Of a stretch of DNA of 31,579 bases, positions 1 through 7,431 are shown piece after piece. Source of the DNA: Alphaproteobacteria bacterium (GTDB lineage: Bacteria; Pseudomonadota; Alphaproteobacteria; JALRGP01). The stretch is taken from contig JBIKYJ010000001.1 in NCBI GenBank assembly GCA_044355315.1, positions 1 through 31,579 on the forward strand, given 5' to 3'. The number at the start of each line of letters is the position of its first letter. The stretch's first letter is position 1. Both the position numbers and the translations under genes were made by a program. Under the pieces are notes generated by a model that was not told where the DNA came from, searched no databases, and worked only from the letters and a program-made list of their open reading frames with translations.

Positions 1-50
1 GTAATATTTTAAATGGTAAAAAACTTTCTGTTTGCGCAAATCTCTCGTAT

Positions 51-1220
51 ATGACTACGATGGAGCGCATTGATAATGATGTATTCTTAAGTGTAGGAAT
101 GAACGACACAAAATCTTATATTTTTAAAATTCCTATTCAAAAAATCATGAATCTTTTAAACAAAGAGCAATTTGAAGTAAAAGAATCTATGGCGTTATCT
201 CAAAAAATTGCTATAGGTAATGTTGGTTTTTTTGGAAAAGGAAACATTGGAGATGAGATGTTTTTTGAAATTTATCAAAAAATGTTTCCTTCTTTATCTT
301 GGAGCGCCGTTGGAAATGATTTAGGCCCATTAGACAGTCATTTTTCTTTAAAAGATGTGATAGTGATTGGTGGAGGGGATTTAATTTGTTCTGGCAAAAA
401 CTACAGAGGTTTTTTACATAGTGATTATCCTCAATCTAAACCTACATTTTTATTCTCAATCGGAGGAGGAGATCATCTTATAGATATAAAATTTGAAAAA
501 AAAGATGAGTTAGTGGATTACTATAGATCATTTTTTTTTAATAAAAACATTAAATTTTTAAGTGTACGTGGATTTAAAACTGAACAAACACTTAAAAAAG
601 TTTTTCCTGATCTTCAATTGTCAGGCGTTTATCCTGATATGGTTGCATCTATAGATCTTCCTTATTTCCCTTTAAAAAATAGATTGAAACCTCAAAAACT
701 GGGTTTTATATGGAGAGAGGAAATAAATAAATTTTATGCTGAAAAAACAAGTAATCTTTTGAAATTATTATCAGAATATGGATACCAAACTGATATTTTA
801 TTACTAGGATATAAAAATAGTGAAGCAGAGCGTGCAGAAAAAGAAACCATTCAAAAATTTATAAATAATCAAAAGCCAATTTTTAAAAACGTAAAAAATT
901 TTGAAAATTCTGACAGTGCTATATCTGGAATAGGCCATTATGACATCATTTTGTCATCTCGTTTACATGGAAGTATTTTAGCAACTATGATGGGCATCCC
1001 TTGTTTATCATTTTTAAGAGGTTATAAATTTCAAGACTTCTATTCATTTTTTAGTCAATCGTATATTATTCCTCATGATGAGTGGCAACCAGATGAAGCA
1101 CTTTTGTTGTTGAACAATACGAAACCTTTCACAAAAGAAGAAATTTTAACCGTTAAGAAAAAAGCAAGAAATGGTTTATATCATTTGATGTCTGAGATTT
1201 ATGCTTGTGTCAGTTCATAA
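51..1220 (+). CDS. Polysaccharide pyruvyl transferase family protein
   Basis: Family-type motifs GNIGDE, VIVIGGGDL, SVRG, PDMVA and ILSSRLHGSILATMMGIP. Start codon uncertain; the ~50-aa N-terminal extension is not recognised. Confidence 0.75.
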   Translation: MTTMERIDNDVFLSVGMNDTKSYIFKIPIQKIMNLLNKEQFEVKESMALSQKIAIGNVGFFGKGNIGDEMFFEIYQKMFPSLSWSAVGNDLGPLDSHFSLKDVIVIGGGDLICSGKNYRGFLHSDYPQSKPTFLFSIGGGDHLIDIKFEKKDELVDYYRSFFFNKNIKFLSVRGFKTEQTLKKVFPDLQLSGVYPDMVASIDLPYFPLKNRLKPQKLGFIWREEINKFYAEKTSNLLKLLSEYGYQTDILLLGYKNSEAERAEKETIQKFINNQKPIFKNVKNFENSDSAISGIGHYDIILSSRLHGSILATMMGIPCLSFLRGYKFQDFYSFFSQSYIIPHDEWQPDEALLLLNNTKPFTKEEILTVKKKARNGLYHLMSEIYACVSS

Positions 1221-1245
1221 CATTTAAGACCACTCTCAAAACAAT

Positions 1246-1281
1246 AACCCCTTAAATATGGTGATCGTAAGGGTTTTTTTT
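1246..1281 (+). terminator. Weak intrinsic terminator after the pyruvyl transferase
   Basis: CCCTTA (1249-54) pairs with TAAGGG (1268-73), 13-nt loop, followed by T8. Confidence 0.4.
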
Positions 1282-1327
1282 AGGATACACGCAAACATTA
1301 GATTATCTTAGATTTTTATAAGTGGCC

Positions 1328-1359
1328 TGCATTCATGTTATTTCATGGATGCATTTTTT
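1328..1359 (+). terminator. Second intrinsic terminator-like hairpin
   Basis: TGCATTCATG-ttattt-CATGGATGCA (10-bp stem, one G-U pair) followed by T6. Confidence 0.5.
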
Positions 1360-1380
1360 AAGGTCGGCAAGGACCAATGC

Positions 1381-2484
1381 TATACCCAATTAACTTGAAG
1401 ATTCGGTTTTAACCACGCTAAAGTTATCGTTGATACGGCTATTCATATGTGAAGAAATTTCCGGCCAAGTTTGATTTAAAAATGCCATAATTTTTTCGTC
1501 TCAAATATTTGAGCAGATTCGAAAAAAACATTGTTTCGCACATGTTCATTCATGACTTTCCAAAGTCTCTCTATTGGATTCAAGTTTGGACTGTAAGCAG
1601 GTAAAAAATGAATCTTAATATTCAATTCCTCTGCTGTGTGTCTTGTTTTTTCCGATTTGTGATAGGGACCTTGGTCTAAAATCAAGTGAATTTTTCTATG
1701 TCCTGGATATTTTGTTCTTAGAGCCTCGAAATACTCACAAATTGCGTCAGAATCAATTGTTTTGTACTCCCGAACCATCAAACTCATCGTTTTTAAATTA
1801 ATAGAACCAAACACATTGATGCGTGTTCTTGAAGCTGTTGTTGAAATTGGTTTGTCTTTTCCAGTTCGAATCCATCCATAAGCAATCTTTGTTGCCACCC
1901 TGGGTAAACGCCATCTCCAAATTCCATAGGTTCATCTGAAGGGGTTTCTTCTAAGAGATTTTTATAAAACTTTATGAATGCTTCTTGCTGCTTTGGATCT
2001 GCTTTTGATGGAATTCCTGCTGGTTTCTTATAGGAAAAATTATTCGCGTGTAACCATTTTGTCATGCCTGCTACGCTATATGTCACTTTAAATGTTTCTA
2101 AAACATACGCACAAATATCTGAAACTTTTACGTAAGTTTTTTCTTCCAAATGTTGAATTAAAATAGTCGTTTGTTCTTCATTTAAGTGGCTTTTTGATCC
2201 GCCATTTTCTGGTTTAAGCTTGTTTTCCTCAGAATAATCTACAAGGTGAGCGCGAATTGTATCAACATGAACCCTTAAAGCCTGGGCAATGCTATCCAGA
2301 TGATCCAGTTTTTGACCCTTAAAAGAACCGCTTTTATAAGGGGCTCTTCGCTCTGTCCGATGCCGCTTTTCTAAAACACCCTTCTGCTGCGGTGATAAAT
2401 GAATATCAGTCATACTTATTTTTACCAAATTTTCTTAAATTTGTCTCTATTATCTATGTGGAATTTTCAATGATTTTCAGTATA
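1381..2484 (-). mobile_element. IS630-family insertion sequence, degenerate
   Basis: About 1.1 kb, TA at both ends. Imperfect terminal IRs TATACCCAATTAACTTGAAGA and TATACTGAAAATCATTGAAAA (13/21 identical). Contains IS630 transposase fragments. Confidence 0.85.
1390..2428 (-). pseudogene. IS630 transposase pseudogene (multiple frameshifts)
   Basis: HTH region and DDE motifs (FGDGVYP, ILDQGPYH, SPNLNPIERLW) are split over frames. IKAVLL sits off-frame at 2337-2317, there is a shift at ~1899, and the true C-terminus (KIMAFLNQTWPEISSHMNSRINDNFSVVKTESSS*) continues in another frame to 1390. Confidence 0.85.
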
Positions 2485-2632
2485 GACAATAAGATCAATC
2501 TTATTCTTAGAGTTTTTTATGAAATATCATTTAAATCAAATTAGTACAAAATATTATTATGAAAACATACACTTTTACAGATTCTTTGGTCAATATGTTA
2601 GAATCGTATTATTGATAAAAATAATAAAAAAT

Positions 2633-2851
2633 ATGGGATTATCTTCTATCATCCGTGATTCTGTCAATGATTATTTAAACCATTGTGAAATCCATGATGA
2701 TTTATACAATTTGGTCATTGAAGAGGTTGAAAAGGGGTTGTTTGAAGAAGTTTTAAAACATTGTGATGGCACCCAAGTGCGTGCTGCTAAAATCTTAGGA
2801 ATGAGTCTGTCGACATTTCGAAAAAGATTAAAAAAATACAAAATTATTTGA
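2633..2851 (+). CDS. Stand-alone Fis-family HTH protein (72 aa)
   Basis: DLYNLVIEEVEKGLFEEVLKHCDGTQVRAAKILGMSLSTFRKRLKKY matches the Fis / NtrC C-terminal domain pattern. ATG 2633 is preferred over the track start at 2519, whose upstream extension shows no Fis similarity. Confidence 0.8.
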   Translation: MGLSSIIRDSVNDYLNHCEIHDDLYNLVIEEVEKGLFEEVLKHCDGTQVRAAKILGMSLSTFRKRLKKYKII

Positions 2852-2855
2852 TCTG

Positions 2856-2864
2856 TGCTATAAT
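2856..2864 (+). promoter_or_regulatory. Extended -10 promoter element for rpmG-mscS
   Basis: TGcTATAAT ending 30 nt upstream of the rpmG ATG. Confidence 0.5.
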
Positions 2865-2893
2865 AAGCTAAGGTTTAAAATAATTGAAAGACA

Positions 2894-3064
2894 ATGGCTA
2901 AAAAAAATGTCGCGATGTCTATAAAACTTTTAAGCAGTGCTGGGACCGGCTATTTTTACGTGACTAAGAAAAATGCACGTAAAAAACCTGAGAAATTACT
3001 TTTAAAAAAATATGACCCTATTGCACGCAAGCATGTTGATTTTAAAGAAGCAAAAATAAAATAA
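2894..3064 (+). CDS. rpmG: 50S ribosomal protein L33 (zinc-free form); not in the ORF track
   Basis: Manual translation [56 protein letters not shown] (56 aa) is a typical alphaproteobacterial L33. Confidence 0.97.
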   Translation: MAKKNVAMSIKLLSSAGTGYFYVTKKNARKKPEKLLLKKYDPIARKHVDFKEAKIK

Positions 3065-3066
3065 AC

Positions 3067-4086
3067 ATGGTCAGGATCTTCTTGGTATTTTGGGTAGGGT
3101 TATTCATTAATCAAGTAGATCCTGCTGAATTTGGAGCCGCGGCACTCATTAATAAAGTAGTGTCTCAAAATAATCATGGCCAGATCAATATGGACACTCA
3201 AAATGCTAGAAAAGTTTTGGGAGATTCCTTGTATGATCTTATTAAAGATCATAAACTGTCGGATTTTTTTTCTTTTGAGTACTTAATGTCCAGCATCATG
3301 GTTATGATACGCATCATGATTATTGTTGCTGTGTCTCTGTTTTTATGGAAATGGATCAATAAAATATTAAATTTTTATTTTGATTATTTTATAAAAAAAA
3401 GAATTAAAGAAAATAATAATTTCGATAAAAATCCTCTTGTTAAAACTGTCATGCCCATCATCCGAGGAATCGTGCGGTGGTTTTTACTCATTGTAGGATT
3501 ATTACTGATTTTAGGAGAGTGTCATGTGGATGCGACATCCATCATGTACAGCCTTGGTATGTTTTCTCTTGCCCTCAGCATTGGAGCACAAACATTGGTT
3601 AAAGATTTAATCAATGGCATGTTAACACTGTTCGAGGGCTCCATGTCCGTTGGTGATGTTGTTAAAATTAAGGATAGCATAGGTACAGTTGAAACCATTT
3701 CATTGCGTTGTATCCATTTGCGTCATTCCAATGGTGAATTAGAGATCATTCCTTTCTCACAAGTGTCCCCCCTCAGTAATTTATCAAAAGATTTTCGTTT
3801 AGCATGTGTGACGATTCCAGTATCTTTGCCCCAAGATATGAACACAGTTCGAAAAATTGTTTCCGAAACATTTCAAAATTTTAAAGATAACATTGAGATG
3901 AAATCGCTAATCAGAGATGAAAAAGAAGATGTATTTATTAAAAATATTACCGAAGCAGCCGTCTATATTTGCATTACATTTAAAACATTCCCAGATCCGT
4001 TTGATAAAATTTCGGCTGCTTTTTATGAAAATATGTATAACGTATTAATTGCTAAAAATATTTTTCCCTCTCATGATAAAACATAA
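3067..4086 (+). CDS. mscS: Small-conductance mechanosensitive channel
   Basis: TM helices followed by LALSIGAQTLVKDLINGMLTLFEGSMSVGDVVKI, GTVETISLR and IIPFSQV. Confidence 0.9.
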   Translation: MVRIFLVFWVGLFINQVDPAEFGAAALINKVVSQNNHGQINMDTQNARKVLGDSLYDLIKDHKLSDFFSFEYLMSSIMVMIRIMIIVAVSLFLWKWINKILNFYFDYFIKKRIKENNNFDKNPLVKTVMPIIRGIVRWFLLIVGLLLILGECHVDATSIMYSLGMFSLALSIGAQTLVKDLINGMLTLFEGSMSVGDVVKIKDSIGTVETISLRCIHLRHSNGELEIIPFSQVSPLSNLSKDFRLACVTIPVSLPQDMNTVRKIVSETFQNFKDNIEMKSLIRDEKEDVFIKNITEAAVYICITFKTFPDPFDKISAAFYENMYNVLIAKNIFPSHDKT

Positions 4087-4098
4087 AAGATATTCTTT

Positions 4099-5586
4099 TT
4101 ATGGGGCTTTGAAAAAATGAGATGTCTTACGTAACACATATTCACCTGGGGCGGTATTGAGTGTTGGTAATAAATCATAATGATGCTTGGACTTGGATGA
4201 ATCATAATGGGTAAGCCAATCACGTAATTCCAACCACCATGTTTTATGACAGCCAATGCGGTTATTGATGGTGTAACCGTATTTTCCTGGGGGTGGATGG
4301 ATAACGCCAGCCGAGTGACCACCTCCAGCCAAAACTAAATTTGCCTGGCTACATAAGTCTTTAATTGAAAAAGCTGATGCAGGGGGGACAATATGGTCAT
4401 TTTCTGCAGATAATATAAATAATGGATGCGACAAGTCCTGTACATGAGGAATTAATGCATTTTTTAAAAAAATATTTTCTAAATAATCCAGGTGTAATGA
4501 CGCGGGGATATCGGCTGTATCACAATTCCAATATAAAATATCAAAAAATTTTTTCTCTTTATTTAAGTAATACATATCAACAAAATTTGACCAAATCATA
4601 TCGTTTGACCTGAGAATACTAAATATGTTAGCCATCAAATCACCTGGAAAGAAACCACTTGTCTCGTGCATCTTTTTCAAATCTTCAATGATTTTCGGAG
4701 TGACAAATATGCGCATATCCCCCATTTTATCAAAATCAATAGGAACGGCAAGTAGTGTGATAGTCTCGATGAGCTGTCTTGATTCTTTTGATAATAACAA
4801 TCCAACGCCACCTGTACAATAACCAATCGCATGAACTCTACGGTTGCAATTGTTCTGTACGAACAACAATGAATCATAAATCGACATTGAATAATCTTTA
4901 ATTTGTTTTCCTTTTAATTCATCATGACCATTTGCCCAAGATATTATCCATACACTAAACCCTTGATCAATTAAAAATTTAACAAATGAATTATGAGGTT
5001 GTAGGTCACAAATATAAAATTTATTAATCCAAGGTGGAATGACTAAAATTGGAATTGAGTAAGTATTAGAAGACGTTGGCTCATAACAGATTAATTCAAA
5101 AATATCTGTTTTAAACACAACTTTTCCTTTTGTCACTGCCAGGTTTTTCCCTACCTCAAATGATTCAAGATTGACAAAACTAGCTAAGGATAAAAAATGA
5201 TCTTTTTGACAATCTTGATATAATTTTTGACATCCTTTCCATAATGATTCACCATTTGTTTTCATCATTTCATCTAACACGATTGGATTTGTCCATGGAA
5301 AATTTGATGGGGATAAGCTGTCTAACCAATTTTTCATCATTAACATTGTCATATCTTGATTTTTAGGAGGGTTTTTTTCTAAAAAATCTGTAACAGTTTG
5401 TTGATGAAGTAAAAAAAATTGTTTTAAGAAATCAAAAATTGGAATGTCATTCCAACGTTTGTCTTGAAAACGCCGATCTTTGGGATCATGACAAACAACA
5501 GGAGCCGCCTCATTTCCATGTATTTTTTTTATAAAATACGAAGATAACTCACATAGACGCTGACTGTATGTAGCGAAATCAAACAA
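4099..5586 (-). CDS. phaC: Class I poly(3-hydroxyalkanoate) synthase
   Basis: DRRF, LSPSNFPWTNP, VIPPWINKFYICDL, lipase box GYCTGG (catalytic Cys), DHIVP (Asp) and GGHSAGV (His). TTG start; N-terminus is short. Confidence 0.92.
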   Translation of the reverse strand: MFDFATYSQRLCELSSYFIKKIHGNEAAPVVCHDPKDRRFQDKRWNDIPIFDFLKQFFLLHQQTVTDFLEKNPPKNQDMTMLMMKNWLDSLSPSNFPWTNPIVLDEMMKTNGESLWKGCQKLYQDCQKDHFLSLASFVNLESFEVGKNLAVTKGKVVFKTDIFELICYEPTSSNTYSIPILVIPPWINKFYICDLQPHNSFVKFLIDQGFSVWIISWANGHDELKGKQIKDYSMSIYDSLLFVQNNCNRRVHAIGYCTGGVGLLLSKESRQLIETITLLAVPIDFDKMGDMRIFVTPKIIEDLKKMHETSGFFPGDLMANIFSILRSNDMIWSNFVDMYYLNKEKKFFDILYWNCDTADIPASLHLDYLENIFLKNALIPHVQDLSHPLFILSAENDHIVPPASAFSIKDLCSQANLVLAGGGHSAGVIHPPPGKYGYTINNRIGCHKTWWLELRDWLTHYDSSKSKHHYDLLPTLNTAPGEYVLRKTSHFFKAP

Positions 5587-5632
5587 ATGTGGATGTGTAT
5601 TTGAAATTTTAATTACGATAACAGGTTAAAAG

Positions 5633-5647
5633 TTAATAAATAATTAA
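5633..5647. promoter_or_regulatory. CtrA-type box upstream of phaC
   Basis: TTAA-taaataa-TTAA preceded by G, which gives the full TTAA-N7-TTAAC on the minus strand; 47 nt upstream of the phaC start. Confidence 0.5.
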
Positions 5648-5714
5648 AAAATAGAGTTATTGGGGTCAAATGCGCCATTGCAGCAAATACTAAGACATTT
5701 GATCATGGTAAATA

Positions 5715-5762
5715 TTTTTTTTAATAGAAATACCATAAAAATTAACTTTTTTTTAATAGAAA
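5715..5762 (+). repeat. 16-bp direct repeat x2
   Basis: TTTTTTTTAATAGAAA at 5715-5730 and 5747-5762 (32-bp period). Confidence 0.7.
5742..5756. promoter_or_regulatory. CtrA-type box upstream of rpoN
   Basis: TTAA-ctttttt-TTAA, upstream of TATAAT (5785-90) and the rpoN ATG (5804). Confidence 0.45.
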
Positions 5763-5803
5763 CATACAAATAATGCATAAAAAATATAATACATATCATC
5801 ACT

Positions 5804-7087
5804 ATGGTAATGAATTTAAATTTGAGCTTGTCTCAAAAGCTTGTTATGACCCAAAGTATGCAACAATCTATTGAAATTTTACAAATGTCTCATGATGAAT
5901 TGGTTGACTTCTTAAATGATTTTTCTAACAATCATCCTTTATTAGACATACAATTCTCAAGTCCTTACCAAGGAGGAAAAAATGCCTGTGGAACCGAAGA
6001 CGCACTATTAAATTATCCAGATCATCATTATTGTGGATTATCATCCTATTTAAAGGATCAATTGGTCTTTTTAAATTTACCCAAACATCTTCATGATACT
6101 GCTGTCAGTATTCTTTCCTATATTAATGATATTGGGTATATAGATTATTCTATGGAAGAATTAGCAAATTTGGTTAAAAAAAGCCCTCAAAAAGTTGAAA
6201 AAGCTTTGAAAGTTATTCAATGTTTTGACCCCACTGGTGTGGGAGCTCGAAACCTTCAAGAATGTGTTTTGATTCAATTAAAAAAACTTAACATGCTATC
6301 ACCACTTATGGAAACATTTGTAAAAAATTTGCATCATTTAGAAAATTATGATCTGCACTATGTATCAAAGCATATAGGGTTGAGTTATGAATTTTGTAAA
6401 AAAGCTTTGCATGATATCAGAATATATTGTTGTCCAAAACCCGGGTTAAGTTTTAGTGGATTTAACCCCTTATTATTTCAAATGCCAGACCTTATCATGC
6501 TCAAACAGGATAACATTTATACTGTCTCCCTTAATGCAGATGCGATTCCATCCATTGTTTTAAAATCAATTTCTCTAGAAGACCACTACGCCCAATCCTA
6601 TATGAAACAGCAAAACGCAGCAGGTCAATGGTTGATTCAATCGCTCAAACACCGTTACGAAAAAATATTAAAGGTTGGTAAAAAAATTATTGATATTCAA
6701 AAATCATTTTTTGATCATGGCCCACAAGCATTAAAACCTATGTCTATTAAAATATTAGCCCAAGATTTAGATATGCATCCCAGTACCATCAGTCGCATCA
6801 CGTCACAAAAATTTATTAAAACACCAAAAGGGACTTTTCCTTTAAAGTTTTTCTTTACCCATACCCTGAGTAATGATGATGATTTACATATTTCCAACAA
6901 AGGTATTATGGACATTATGAAAAAAATTATTGACGGTGAACCATCAGAGCGACCTTATTCTGATGAGCAAATTATGAGAATGTTAGAAAATAGAGGTATA
7001 AAAATTGCAAGACGAACTGTGACAAAATATAGAAAAAATTTAAATATTGATTCATCTCAGCAACGTAGGTTGGATGATTTAGCCTGA
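5804..7087 (+). CDS. rpoN: RNA polymerase sigma-54 factor
   Basis: Region I SQKLVMTQSMQQSIEILQM, DPTGVGARNLQECVLIQL, HTH DMHPSTISR and RpoN box ARRTVTKYR. Confidence 0.97.
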   Translation: MVMNLNLSLSQKLVMTQSMQQSIEILQMSHDELVDFLNDFSNNHPLLDIQFSSPYQGGKNACGTEDALLNYPDHHYCGLSSYLKDQLVFLNLPKHLHDTAVSILSYINDIGYIDYSMEELANLVKKSPQKVEKALKVIQCFDPTGVGARNLQECVLIQLKKLNMLSPLMETFVKNLHHLENYDLHYVSKHIGLSYEFCKKALHDIRIYCCPKPGLSFSGFNPLLFQMPDLIMLKQDNIYTVSLNADAIPSIVLKSISLEDHYAQSYMKQQNAAGQWLIQSLKHRYEKILKVGKKIIDIQKSFFDHGPQALKPMSIKILAQDLDMHPSTISRITSQKFIKTPKGTFPLKFFFTHTLSNDDDLHISNKGIMDIMKKIIDGEPSERPYSDEQIMRMLENRGIKIARRTVTKYRKNLNIDSSQQRRLDDLA

Positions 7088-7431
7088 CTTTTTCCCATAT
7101 TGCCAATTCTAAAATATCTGTTTTCAAACAAATTTAGAGAAATTTATGTCATAGTATTTCCATTGCCACGGGTGTGACAAGATAAGTAAAAAATAAAAAC
7201 TCGGTAATTTTAATGAAGTTGACCAAGGAATAAAAATATTGTATATTTTAATTCCTAACTTTTAATCGTACTCTAAATTTTAATAAAAAAATGTATTTTT
7301 TGTTAAAATAATGTAAAGTTAATTTAAAGTGAGAAACAATTTTTATCATGAGGGCTGATTAGTGATTTTAAGCTTATCGTATTTTTTGTATATCGCTTGC
7401 TTTTTAATAACCTTAAAGACAAAGGAGAATT

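Noticed and set aside
2519-2632. N-terminal extension of the Fis-like ORF
   Set aside because: AT-rich read-through sequence with no similarity; the domain starts at ATG 2633.
7386-7401. Possible sigma54 promoter TTGTAT-N5-TTGCT upstream of the 7432 gene
   Set aside because: It lacks the near-invariant GG at -25/-24. The GG-N10-GC at 5662-5675 also matches the consensus too poorly.
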